Shown here: piece after piece, positions 1 through 15,000 of the stretch
How positions within the stretch are numbered: the first letter of the stretch is position 1
How the letters are laid out: each line of letters starts with the position of its first letter
Assembly: GCF_037042905.1 (NCBI RefSeq)
Contig: NC_087245.1
Coordinates: forward strand, 9,426,001-9,486,000
Direction: 5' to 3'
Length of the DNA stretch: 60,000 bases
From: Lytechinus pictus
Lineage: Eukaryota
Notes under the pieces: model-generated
Told to the model about the DNA's origin: nothing
The model's database searches: none
The model's input: only the letters and a program-made list of their open reading frames with translations
Program-made: the position numbers and the translations under genes

Positions 1-11
1 ATTTTCAGCAC
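1..11 (-). CDS. DNAJC13: DNAJC13 coding exon 38 (partial, runs off window)
   Basis: Pyrimidine tract + caacag|GTG CTG AAA AT = VLK(M/I), matching the expected next segment (xLKMLNSN). Confidence 0.8.
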
Positions 12-3000
12 CTGTTGGTAGAGAGAATGAGGATTACAATGGACATAGATGACAAGTAAATGTACAACAAATTTACTTGTTCAGTCATTTTATCAAGTAT
101 TATCCAATCAGAATATAGGAATGAAATACTCTCTTTTTTCTGATTAGGATTTTGGAGATGCGTGACCAGTAAAATAACATCTTTATTGTTTCACAGAATA
201 AGCTTTTCACTGAAAAAATATGACTGTTTCTGTTATGGACCACAGGAAATAATAACATAACTTATCACTGAAATTAAACATGAACGGCATCACTTTTACT
301 CATTGCATGCATTGTTCAATTGCAAATATGTTGATTTAAGTCTTACACTGGTCAATCATGCAATAATTTCTGAACAGAAAAACCATCAATTGAATTGAAT
401 TACATTGTAAATAACCGATAATAGATGCCTATTCAATTATAGTAGGTCATACATATCAACATTCAAACAATCCTTTTTGTATAAACTGGTAATTACTTTT
501 TAAGAGTTCTCTTTTAATAAGAACATATTTCTCTTGTAGTAAATTGGGTTGATTCAGTTCTATGATATAACCAGCAATTGATTTATTACCTGGTTGGGGT
601 TTTCTGATCCTAGTTGGTTTGCAAGGTATGGTGTAAGTAAGGCGCTGAGTGATTTCCTAATGGCCGGGTTCTCTGGGGTAGCTTTGTCTCCTGTTTGGTA
701 ACCTGCTAACCTAGCTAAACCTGTGAAGCATAAACTGGCTAATGTATTGGCTACTTGCTGTAAAGACAAAAACAGAGTGATAACAACCAATGATAGAACT
801 ATTGATTGCAGATATCTGATGAATAGTAAATTTAAGTTGAAATATAACTAACAATCTATGATGGAAGTCCCCCCCCCCCCTCCCCAAAAAAGAACATATA
901 ACAATACCCCCTCCCTCCTTTCCAAAACATGAACCCTTTAAAGTATAATCAGCCCATTAACATACAGGATAGAATCATGCAAAAAAGAGCACTATTACAA
1001 AATTTAAAATGTGATCCCTATTATTACCAACCATTTCAATCTCTTTTGGATGCTTTTCCTATCATCACTACCACAATAAAAAACTCTGTACCTAAAGCTT
1101 GGATCCTTGGATTATTTCTTCTTTACCCATACAGGGTGGGTTTTGGGTCTGATCCCTTCAATATCTTATACCACAATCAATACCACAATCACTACCACCT
1201 CCACAACCATTGCTACAATCACTACTAGTACTATCGATACTATCAACACTACCACTACGAAAATCACTATCACAACCACTAACACCACCCTTAAACCTGA
1301 AGATTTTAACACATTGCTTGTCCACTCTACTCTTATAGACTGTGAAGGCTAATACCACTTCTACAATCACTGTCACCACCATCCGGACTACCACAACCAC
1401 CATCGCAACCCCATACCTGAAGATTTAAACACTTACCTCATCCACTCCTCCCTTATAGACTATGAAGGCCATTAAGAACTAATACCATTACTACAATCAC
1501 TACCACCACCAATACCACTTCCACAACCACCATTGCAACCCCTTACCTGAAGATTTGATCCTTCACTAGCCTCCACCCCACTCTCATATAGGGTGAAGTC
1601 ATACTGGAAGAGATAGACAAGGAGATGCCAGATTACTCCAGCTTGTTGTAGATGATCCTGTAGATACTTATCCACAGAGAAGGCACTCACACACTCGGCC
1701 GCCACAGAGCACAAGAGAGGCAGGTTCTGATCAATAGAACAACAAAAAATAGCGGTAATATGATATGACTTTATATTGAATTTTAGAAGTAATGCTGATT
1801 AAGTAATCCCAATATGGTTTAAATATAGCATACAATGGACTACAAAATCACATCTTAAGCTAAAGCTTTGGTAAAGGGTCATTACTGTGAATGATACTCG
1901 AGCATAACATTCCAATATTACAAAAGGGCTCCCTGACATTTGCTCTGGCGATAATTGTTATAAAAATAATGAATGTTTATGAGTGCAATGGACCGAATAC
2001 TTCATGAGGTGAAAGATGAAACGATCCATTCAACAAGGCGTAGCAAAGTGGAATGGATCATTCATTTCATCTTTCACCGAATGAAGTATTCTGTCCATTG
2101 CACGAATGAAAAGAACATCCATTATTTGGTTTATATGACACCTAAAAGAATATTATTTTTTTATATGAAATTCATTAATTTCGAAGAAAAATATGCTCCG
2201 TCAGTTGATTGCCGCATACATGCGCGCTGCAAATAGTGCCTGCATGGTGCGCGCGTACAATGGACAAAATCGTATGGATCCAAAATTGGTTGATGACGTC
2301 ATGGTAAAATGGACTGAATGATCAATATCAAACAACCAATCAAATGACAGGGATCTTTCTAGGTGTCATATAATTTGTAATAAATTCCAAACACTAATCT
2401 AATGACAGACTTCAACCCTAGATGTAACATTATACCCAACCCTAACATAAAATGCTATTGCATCCCTAAACCTACATCTTTGCAGGAGCAAATGTCGTGT
2501 CACCTACAAAAGTGTAGGTGTCATTGAATGTATCTATCACATATTAGAATTTAGATAGGCATATTTTCATATTAAGGATTTCAGTTTAAATCTAGTTTTT
2601 TTTCATGTTTTTTATTGAATCAAACATAATCAAAACACATTTTAAAAAATATTAATGATTTTAAAACAATAATGATAATAATAATAATAACATTTTTGAA
2701 TATTTTGATCCAGACAGACTACTTCATCAATATTTCCAATTCCAATTGTCCCACTTTGTGGAGTTTAGACATCAATGACTGCTCACCAACATCCTTGATT
2801 GTGAATGCTAACCTTATAGAATAGTGCCCTGCATACATCCTTGATGATAGCTGGTATCTCAGTGATACGATCTCGACATCCTTCAAACTGAGCAGCAACA
2901 GCATAACATTTTATCACATGTTGACATACCTACAAACAGATGCAAGACAGAGTAAGGTTGAACTGTAGACTAGTAGCAATTACAACAAAATGTTGCTACA

Positions 3001-6000
3001 TTACTAACACTGATGTGACACCTGTTTGGTTAATAGTAGGTTTAACTCAAACATGTAAGCATAAATACATCAATATATCACTTCAAACCCTCTTTATCTT
3101 ACACCATATAGTTTTCATTGATAAATCAATGAATTTCCTGAGTAATGAATTACATAAGAACGAGAAAAGATTTTGACTACATTGGAGGTTTGATGAATTG
3201 CAAATTAATGCATATTGGTTAATCATCTCTGGCCTGACAATTTGAGATTGATGCACAACATCAACATGATGTAATCGCTGATAGATATTGCGGGCACTAG
3301 ACTGTTCCAAACTTAATACATAACTACCATGCACTTTTACTTAAATTACACTAAGTAACATAATGTCCTAGGGTCAACAACAGCCAAATGCAACAACGTA
3401 GGTGCCAAACAGGCTAAAAATTTATTATATATCAGGTTATTGCTAGGCATAATTTGCTTGTAACTTTAGGCAAATGGTTTTCTGGTCACAAAGATGTGCT
3501 CTTCTTAAGGTAAGCAGCATTGTTTCAATATTAGGTAGCCCCTTTAAGAAAAAGCTTCTTTGGAAATTACTGATATTATTTGTCACATGGAATTTACTCA
3601 GGCAATATTCCCAAAAGCTCTTCCACTCGTTTATGAAAAATTGTGGGGTCAGTGGTGTGGACTTTTGTAAGAGCAATATTCACATAAAAATACAACACTT
3701 CATCATGTTTCAAATACAAAAGAACAATAGTCAAAATGCTGAGCCACTGGATTATACTGTCAAATAAAATATGACTCTTACCTTTACAGCCATATCGCCT
3801 GCCTTACTGGATACATTTAGAACAGCAACACATCGTGTGAAAGCATCTTGGAGTGTCTGTATGTGAAATATCAAGTAGAGCAATACTTTAAAAAACCACC
3901 AATACCTTATTGACCTTTCATAGTATTCTATCATTTGATATTGAAAGATTATCATACGAGTGCATCAAATCCTTTAAATCATGAATGTAATCTCATTCAA
4001 ATAATTTGTAAGATCAATAGAGATTTCCTACTCACACATTTCTTCTATCTTGCAACCTCTTGCTATATTTACTCCTCATATTGCCCCCTCTCGACATGAC
4101 GCAAATTTACAAATACCTTTAAATTCAGCACCATCATCTACACATTCAAACTTATTGTGTCACAAATTTGGCAAATTCTAAATTGCATGATTGCCTGAAA
4201 ATAGTATATAAAAATAACAAGCAAAGCATGTGTAGAAGGCTGATTTCCCTGAATCAGAAGATTTTGCATCATAGATGAGAAATTCAAAGCTCCCTATTAT
4301 CATCAACAACAAACTTTACACTGTGATAATATCTAATTTATCATATAACCTTTATCATCACAAGTTCTATCCTATCCCCCATTCACATGTTTCAAGTTTA
4401 GTCAATACCCCCCCCCTCCCATAATTGCTTGATTGCTCACCTCAATTCCGTGCTCTCTTCGTAGTTCCTCTGCATTGAGAGCAGAGCAGTTGACTGTATG
4501 GAAGGCTAGCTCACTAGCTGCACTCAGGAGTGGAGCAGACTTAGAGAATAGTGTGTTATCATTGGTTTCCATCTCAATGGTCTTGATCAACATTGGATAG
4601 CCAGCATACTTGTATGGCTCAAGCACTACAGACAGATGCGACAAGAACAATGTCATACTCATCTTTCTTTTCATATGGTGATCCACTGTTCCATCCAATC
4701 ATTTACACATTCAAAACAAAAACTAGATGGGGTTTCTGCACTGTTCACATGCCTCTATTACACCAATGTCTGACACATATTACACATTTCAAACTAAACA
4801 GATTGCCATTACCATATGTATACATGAATCATATTTCAATTTGATTTTTATGTTGAATCTATTAATTTATTGTGAGAACGGGCTGTTTTTATGATCTACT
4901 ACATAAAATGTTACCTTTGACCCTCTAATACCTGTCCCAAATTTTTTGATAGGTTTGAATACTTTATATTCAATATTGATTTTGAATAACTACGGAAGCT
5001 TTAAAGTGCCATGGGCTTGACGCGATGGTGAGATATGTTAGGTCAACATAGCAAGAGTATCTCGACATTTTGATAACAAGTCGATGGCACTCCATAGCTT
5101 CTGTAAAAAATATTTTTAAAGGAACAAGTAAATGTAAAAAATTGATTTAAATAGTGCACACACCATTCAAGACCCTAACCAAGCAACAGTTCTATTATAC
5201 ATACAAATCCTATTTACCAATTAACCCAAGATTAAAGTATGCAATTGTGAACATATCTTGTACACACCTTCCTTATATCTCTCAAAAAGGATGCTTTGCG
5301 CTCGTAGGATGAGAACAATATTCTCAGGGTTGGGTCCTTCTGTCAGACGAGATGACTTGCTACACAGGAATTCATATGCCTTATTCACTTGCTCAAACAT
5401 GTCCTGAAAAAGAAAGAATTTTCATACTTATCGCTGTAAATCACTGTGAAGGAATTTTTCAAAGGAAAATTATTAATGGTAGATTCTTTCTGTAAACGAA
5501 CTACTTCCAATGACTTTATTCATTTTTAATTAGAAAAAAAAGTGAGCTACACTATGTCAAAGAGAAGGCTTTCTCATTTTGAATGAAAAGTTGTCTTAAA
5601 TGATTTAAGACAACTTTTAACAGACATGTTCCCCCCCCCCCCCTCTACTGAACATTGGACATTTTATTTTTACACACTTTTTTCTCACTCCAGCAGCAGT
5701 ATATACCCTAGTTAAATGTGTTTAAACTTCTTTCAGCTAAAGTGCCATGAATTACACAAAGAAGTAACTTTCAAGTACTATTGGACCCCTCCTTGCACCC
5801 ACCCCCCCCCCCTCCAAAAAACAATAAAAGCATAAATAAAACTCATTTTCCTCAGGAGTGTCTCAAAGTTACATTTGCATAATTCAAAGCATCCCCAAAT
5901 GCTTGTTCACAAATGAGAATATTAACTGGAACTTGACAAATTTTCACACTCAGCATTCTTACAAATGTTTATGATCATAGTTACGGCAAAGGTAGATTTA

Positions 6001-9000
6001 TTTTCTCAATCTATATTTTTTAATCAACTCAATTACTTACCCTTCCTTCTGGGTTCTTGTCAGGATGGTATTTCTGAGCTAATCTGAAGTATGCTTTCCT
6101 GATATCACTTTCCTCATGTCTGTTTACAAAAAAAAAGTAAAGGTAAAATAAAAAAGATTACAAATAATAAGAGCCTATCATTGCAGTTTGACATTGATTA
6201 TGCTATCATGCAAGTGGAAATTTAGGAAAGTTAATATTTTGGATGAGTATTAGGCAAATAGAATATGAATTATTGTGCTTTAAACAGACTGATATAGTTT
6301 TGAAGCTGATGAGACAATTCTTTAAATAATCTAGTAAATCTCTCCTCTCCCCCTCCCTTGAATGCAGTCTACTTTTAATTAAAAGAGCTAACCAGTGTGA
6401 GGGGGGTAGAAAAGAAAATGATGCGACAGTCTCCTTACCCTCCTGTTCCGGTAGATAGTTTGAGGGTCTGATAAGCTTCATCTACTGACATTGATGGTGG
6501 CTTCTTCTCAACTTCCTTCTTCCATTCCTCTAGTATGTCTTTCAATAGCTTCACCTATCATAAACGAACAATATGACAATTCACCATGAAACATATGCTG
6601 TTTTAAATTCTAGTATAATTCATGATAACATAAGTGGGAAATTGATATCATTGATTGAGAACAAGATCCACAATAAATGGAAAATGAATTGTCATCCATT
6701 TTACTTCTCATTAAAGTTGCACTTCATGTATTCAAGATGTTCTGATGCTGTACTCCATCTAGCTCACAGAACTCTCTGCCATCATTTCTTAAGAATCTTA
6801 ACCACTTCAAAACTTTATTCAAGATTAAAATAATGCATTACATATTTAATGTTAACTCCATCAGAGGAGTCTGTGGTTTTGAATGATTGAGAGACTGATA
6901 AAGTTGCAATAAAAATGCTGTGAATTATCATCATCATAACACATTTGGTCAGTACTGGGGCACCCTCTACCATATCATTATAACATCCCAGACTAAGAAA
7001 GACCCTTGTGACTTACTGGATCACTGATTGGCCAATCTGGAAACTTGGTGTTATCACAGAGATGTTTGAGATAGTAGATATTGACAAAGAGTTCCTTCTC
7101 GAGTTGTGGATAGTTGATGACAGGAATTGGACAGTACTGGTAGAGGGATCTGGTGTTGCTGCGTAGCCTTGGGGAGAAGTCTGCTATATGAGCTGCAAGT
7201 TTCTCTATCATCATCCGCCTGCATGGAGTACAGACAATTAGTTATCTTCAGACTTAAGGGGAAAATAATGGCCTTTAATCACTGGGGTGTACTTTAAAGT
7301 CAAAGCATATTTTAAATGGGTGGTTAAAAAAATATTTCTTGCCGAATTACCTAAAACAGTCTATGATTGCTTTGTAAACACTTTTAATTGTTATTATAAA
7401 ACTATTAAAAACTGTCTAGGAATGATGAGTATAATCATTCTAGACTATAAGAGCAAGAATTTGAAATCTAGTAAATAATAAGGGGGTATATCAGTGAAGA
7501 CAGAGTTATAAATTCTTTGCTACCCATAATTTAAACAGATTCAAAACATGAAAGTGGCTGAACACAATATTTTCTTGTAAATCCAAATTTTTCACAGTGC
7601 AAAATATTTGTTCACATTAAAAAATAAACATTATTTGGCTTATATGCATCAATACAGACATTCATTCCATGACATCTGGTCCCCTACATAAAAAAAAATT
7701 ACTTTAAAGTCGCCCAAAATAACTCCGGAATGTGGTTTAGCCTACCTCATTTCATTACTCCAGATAGCTTCAGGAGTATCAAACTCTCCAAGGTATGTCT
7801 CAGCAAACTTCTCAGCACTGTGATTCTCCAGAAAGTGAACCATAGCTTCTGGAAGGATGTGCCCTAGGATACTACATTGTATGATGTCTGAACCTTTGTT
7901 CTGAACAAAGAAAGGAAATTAACATTAATTTCCATACAACAATTAAGGTTGATAAGAGATCAGAAGAAATTAGTTCAACATATCCATGGTAACATACACA
8001 TCTGAGAGTATTAGAAAGCACTTCCTAGACAGCCTACGACAATATATGAATATATCAAATATTAGAAAAAGAAATAATTTTCCATTTGAAAATAAAATAA
8101 AATCATTCCATATGTCACAATGTAAATACACATTACCTATGATGGCAACTACAATCAAAATATATTTGTGGGGAGAAATGTATCAAATATTAACATAAAA
8201 ATATGATGTGCTCAAAATCAACAAGAAAATCAATGGAATATTCAAGGGTTGCATATTTGAAAATTAACTGAACAACGCTCCGAGTCCATTATATTCCAGA
8301 ATGGATATAACCTCATGCAGTAAAATCTAAATGAATATGATCTAATCACATAGTTTTCTCTCCATTTCCAATAAATACTTTCCAGTAAATGCTTCAATCA
8401 TATTCTATTGAAAATGGTTGGTCACTGTAAAACATCTACATTACATGAATTAAATAATCATAATATATCACTTTATTATTCAGCCAATTTTTACCTCATC
8501 TGATCTGAAGGCTTGTCTCATGTGTGCATACTTTAGGAACCTAAAATGTAAGAAAAGGGTCAATATTACCTTATGAGCTACATGTATAAGCAACACAAAA
8601 CAAGAAAACTCACATCCTTTTGGCTATCATGCCGTGATGACCAAGAGTCAAGCAGCTCTGACTGGCAAGCATTCTCCTATCATCATTTCTTCACCAATTT
8701 CAAGTTGTCCCAACTAATCTGGTTTACAGTCTGCAAAGGACTTAATCCAATCTCATAAAAGAATACTAGTACTCTTACTTCTCTCTCACCCTCACAGTCC
8801 TATGTAGGACATGTTTGCAAATACTTAAGTCTAGCATTCTTGCTCCATTTCCAAGCCTGTAATTTCATTTTTATTTTTTTTCTATTAATACCACCAACCC
8901 AACAGTACCTTCCAGCAATACAATAAATGAACCATAAACACACTCAAATGATAGCCAAACAACCATGCAAGCCTTTAAAGATCACATTAAATTATTCACA

Positions 9001-12000
9001 AATCCTAACATCTAATGCACGCCACATGAAATTACAGTTCTCATATGGGTAACTATTATCACTTCCTCGTCAGTGTTGAAAATCTCCAGTGCAACAGTCA
9101 GTAATACACGTCACTACTGACCCGTGGATACCTACCATAGAAGGCCTGACTTTCTTACCATGCAAGTGGAAGAACATTTGCTCCTGTGTACATCATAATG
9201 AAGAAGAAGACACCACTGAGATACAACCGAGGGAGTTGAGGGTTGTCTTGGATGATATTGAAGAGCAAGACAGAGACCTTCTCCACTAGGATGGGGTCAA
9301 AGGTCAATAGGAGCTGTGAGGGAACGATCAAAAACACCAGTATAATTCAATGTTAGAAATCCAGAGGTAGTTTTCATCTTAGCCATACATATCTTCTTTG
9401 GGGTACATCATATGAAGCTGTTCTTAAGTATAATTAATAAATGTAATATAACAATATGGCAAGCAATACAGTCTCATTTACAACATCCAGCTAAACCATT
9501 AAATCTGTTCCATCTTTTAGAATTTTGCTACATTCAGTTAAATTCATTTATTTCAAATTTCCCAAAACAAAATGTACAAAGAATAAAAATGGGTGACACC
9601 TCAAGAAGCTTGCACTTTCCAAGTAACACTGTCCTATACAATGTGCAATCATATCTTTACATTTTGGAGACTTGAACCTGTTAAGCCCTTCACCCAAAAT
9701 AATATCCGCTATGGTCTATGGAAAATATGTATTATAATAAATTTGGTGTGACAGTTGTGATATTATTTCATAATCATACAAATATATTAGGGGAAAAAAC
9801 ACAAATATAGCAAAAGAAAAGTAGAAACATCTTACCTGAACTATGTGTGGCAAGTTAGTTGCTTCTGATAAAAGTCTCTTTGGCTTTGGTAGGGGTCTGA
9901 TGATTGCACCATCTACATCCCTAAAAGGTTAAACATATTTGTTTAATTACAGAACAAAAAAACATTTATTTTAATACTAATAAAGGTTAAAATGAATATG
10001 TAGAAGAGCTAAAAACAATGGGTGAAAATTAGCCTGAAGAGCACTTTGCTCGAAATAACACAGGACAATTTACATGACTTTAATTGCTTTGCATGAAAAT
10101 TTATGCGCGAACAATTCAAGAAACATGTGAAGAAGGAAGAATAGCCGACCTGCTTGGGAAGTAGTCACATATCTTGATAAGCATGTTGAGAATGAGTGTA
10201 GCTAGATCACTCTCATTCATAACATGTGTTCCTGTTGCTAGGAGACACCACTTGAGTTGAGGGATGGTATGGAGTGGTTTCCATCCTTCCAATCCTTGGG
10301 CCCAGCACCGCGTCTTGGCATTCAGAGAACCATCATCCCATAGGTCTTTCATCTGGATGAAACAAGCACACAAAGTGTTGGTGGTGTTACAGGGCTTCAA
10401 GTTTAACAGTTCACAAGACAATGGATAAATATCTCATAGATTAGATAGCACATATGACAAGATGATAAACTGGCATGTCAACCTCATAACGATTTGAGAT
10501 GCAATTCAAGACACTTTGAAAGCATACTAAAGCATACATGTACCTGCGACCCTTCGACACTGAAAACTTGAAGTCAACTGTAGGCCTTGATAAACTTAAT
10601 CCATGTCAGGTGATTTGCATGGAATTATACCTGGACAGTTTCCCACATCTTCCATGTTTAATCCTACAATAATGTCCCCACTTCATCTGATAAATCAACA
10701 TCTCACCTCACTAAAGCTGTATGGTCCTAATCTCTCCCTCGGTCCATTACCATAGTACCACTCCTTCTCACTTGATATCATAGAGTCAGGTGCCGCTTCT
10801 ATCACATTGGTCTGAGTTGGTACAGTTGCCCTGGATACATGTAAATGAGCTAAGGTCAAGAGGTCAACAAGAACCTTTATGCCTCCTGCATCGATCAGAA
10901 GTCGGACGTTGCGGATGTTATTCAGGAGACGGTTAAGGAAGAGAATGATCCGATCTCTCTCCTGCTTGTCTGTGCTCTGTGAGAATAAGGGTAAATATCC
11001 AGTTTTTTATTTCTTATATCTCATGGGTTCTCAATTTGTATTACTAAAGCATCAAATTTGTTACTGGAAATCTGTACTGTGCCATTACTCAACCTTCGTA
11101 GCAAGTGAAGCGTCACAGCATGGGTCCAAGGGTTAGAACCTTCATATATTATAGACAACATATCAAATTATCCGGACATTACTTCGAATACAGTCACAAT
11201 TGAGCACAAATAATAACGGTCTTAATCCGTAAATCAGTAAAGGTAAATGTAATATGTTCATGCTCTTCCAAATATTTAGTTTAATAAGAAAATGTTGCTC
11301 ATTCACAAATGAAGAAAGATTGTTGTATTTTACCGACTCTTCTCAAGACAAAAACCCATTCTCAAGAATGATACTGGTCTAGCCGACCTACAAAAACTCA
11401 TACCAAACTTACCCTGTCAAGCATTTGCACGATATATTTAGTGTCGTTGAAAGCTCCAATGTCTTCGTAACACTTGCCATAGACGATTGCCATGGCCTGT
11501 AAACACATGCACTTCATAGGTATCTTGGTCGTTAGGAGGAACCGGTGGTAAAGATCATTGAAGAACTCGTATCTGAAATGAAGTGTAAAAAGATGGAATG
11601 TTTTCTGGCCATTTAAAATAGTCATCTCTTACGCTAGGGTCCTACCTTTGCATACTGTGTTGTGAATTGCAGGCATTAATTGATGCTTTTAGGGTAAGGC
11701 TGCTTTTTTATTGGGCATATTTCTATATAACAGCATAATTGGAAAAAAAAAATAATGAAAAAGATCACAACAAATCTCCAAGACCAATGAGACCAAGACA
11801 AATGAGAAGAGTATCAAGGTCAGTCACTAGGGTATCTGCAGCCAGGGATTCAGATCAATGTTAACATAAGTAATTGCTGCACTTTGAAAATGCAGCCATA
11901 CTAAGCAATGCATATTTTTAAGATAACAGCCATACAATTGTGTCTCTCATTCACAAGAAGCTCACATATGTCACTAATACAAAACAGACAGCATACCCAA

Positions 12001-15000
12001 TTTGAGCTGGACATAAATCTCTAGCTAAGTAGGAAGTGCAAACAAAAATGCAGTAATACAAGCTCTAAAAGAGGAATTTCATCCTTTCTTCATTGACATA
12101 ATTTAGAAAATTTTAAAAACTATCTAGACCAATACACTAATAGGGACAGTGATTTTCCGCGATCGCGGAAAACGGACGGAATTCACGGAAAGGGCCTTTT
12201 GAAACGGAAAGTGGCATTTCAAACGGAAAATCACGGAAAACGTATTTTCCCTCAAAATACACAGAATAGCAACAGAAATTACTCCAAAATCACAGCAAAA
12301 TGAGAATATTAAATGGCCAAAAAAACCCAGAAAACACGATCTCACTTCGCTACTATCATGACAATTTACACATCGTGTCTGCACTCGACATCAGCACACT
12401 CGTTTGTACCCCGCGCACCGTACCCGTACCCGGCCGGCCGGGTTGGGCTTCACATGCACACATATCGTTCAACTACATGTACACGGTCTTGTGTTGCTGC
12501 CCTCTACGTTTGAAGATGTAACAGCACGATATCGTGGTCTTAAAATCCAAGATGGCGGATTGGGGAAAAGCCGTTGACTGATGATAACGATGTCCAAAAA
12601 CCCCCAAAATTATCGATGAAATATCATTTCACCGTGAAATAATGCTAATAATATGAAAGGTGAGGATGTATGCATGCAAAATGGGTGTGTAAAAATATTT
12701 TATGCACCCGCATAGATCCGATTAGAACGGATTTTATTGTGTTGTTGGTACAGTAGCAGATACAAATTTTGACCAGTGCGAGTGTGCGTGTTGTGATTTT
12801 GCTATTCAATGTGTAAACGGAATTGTCACTTTTCCGTGTGTACAAAGTCTATGGGGAAACGGAATTTCCGTTTTCTGACATGCTGAAACGGAATTTGAGA
12901 TTTTCTGAAACGGAAAAGGCAATTTTTTGAAACGGAAAATCACTGTCCCTACACTAAGTCTGAGTAAGTAGTACCAAGTGGGCATTTTTTATTGAACTTT
13001 TGGGGTATGACTGCATATTTCTGGCAATGAATGGCAAAACATGGTGCGAAATGTAACATTTCCATAAGAACAATTTTTATAAAATATCCTTGATCGCTAA
13101 ACTAAACCATGATTAATCAGCATCATTAAAATAAAATTAGACCAGAATGATCAAAATGACGATTTATTACCAGGGTCTAAACCCTCCTCTAGGTTCAAGC
13201 ATAAATACACACATAATCTAAACTTACGACTCTCTTATGGCAGCAATTTCTTCATCACTCTCATCAGCTTCCAGCAGAAGTCGAAGGTAGTAGTCTCCAA
13301 TCTTAATCTCCTCTGAAAGACAATTGTATGGCACCTCAAACTCATTGTGGTTCCAAGAGATCATGTGACTTGCCCCAAGTTCTTTGTCAACGCTGAACGC
13401 TCTCATCTCATTTTCAAGACTTTGCCTCAGCTCCTCCCTTGTCTGTTATAAAAAATAATACACAAGAATACCTTCTTCATCTCATTCAAGTTAAAACAGC
13501 AAATGATCTCTGTTGACATTGGCCTTCAATAACACTGCAACTTATAAAGCACTCATATTAACTCTTCAAATTGCTCAAGGAGCTGTCACTCTGAGAATAA
13601 TATAAGGTACCCATTTACTACACCAGGGTTGAGAGCAGTACAATGTGAATCTTGCTGGCTGGGATTTGAACCCACCACCCTCTGATCAAAAGGAGAAAGT
13701 CAGGACCACAACACCCTGTGCACACACAATCACTAACAATAAAGAGTCTACAGTTTTAATTCTCTTTAGATATATGTTTTTTTTTATTCTGGTATTCTAT
13801 ACACAAGGTGGCGACCTGCCCGATATTAATAGAGTTTTTTATATTATTTTATTTTGTTACCTTATAATTCCAAATGAGATTGGGTTGAGCATGATCTCTG
13901 TTGAACCTGCAAATATGAATAAAATAATAGAATACAATAGTATGAATAAGAATAACATTAAAATCAGTTGCTACTTACATTTGTAGTCATAAATTATCAA
14001 TTTGATCACAAGGGCAGAGACAATAGCTCAAACATAGTTTTCTTCATTGCACAAAGAAATTTCAAGCATTAAAGGAATAATATTTATATCAATAAGTCAG
14101 ATTGACATCAAGGGCAAGGTTCAAATCAAATTTTTTTTTTTAAGTATTATGTTGATAGAGTCCAGAAGAAACTTTCTGTACAGATGGAATTTTACCTACT
14201 CCTACTCACTCCAAATATTGATATCAACACCTCTGGGCTCTTTTGCACCTTATAATGCTAACTTCTGAGATTCTTTTGTCACATGAAAATCACTTTCAAC
14301 TCTTGCGAATTGTTTCCTCTGATGCAGAGAGGATATTAAAAGCTAAAATGAACAGAAAACCAGCGGGTAATATATAGAGAATGTGGAGGATTACTTACTG
14401 GTAATAGAAGAGCTGCCAATTTGCTTCACTCTTTATCCTTTGCCGTCTTTTCCTGAGTACAATAGGTTTCTGGTCATGACAATGAAAAAAATCCACTAAA
14501 TTAAGAATTATTCCACTTAAAATTATCATTAGCAACAAATTGATGTTAATTTTTAACTCTTTGTGCACTAGGCCATGAACCTCTCTGTAGTGAATTGTTT
14601 TCAGGGAGGGAAACAAGTTTGCTTGAGTGTGAAATGCAAAGTTCGCACAGCACCAAAGTGTGCATTGGTGCGAAGTACACGTGGAAATGATATCTAAATC
14701 CATATTTGAATAAATTTCATCTTTTTCTCATACTGTCGTAGTTTTAATTATTAATCAAAATGATTAACAAATGTGGTTAATTTAAACAAAACAAACCTTT
14801 ACTAAAGTAGCAGCTCACATCTTATACCAAACCCTGTTCATATTCATAAAAACATGTTTTTAAAAATATGAAAGCATACTTGTATGCATTCTTTCATGAA
14901 GGTAATCAATGAGATAAATTAATGATACTGTGTTAGCTACATGACCGCATGCATAGAAAGAAAGAACATTTTCTTACCATATTAGGCTGCTTGTTTAAAT

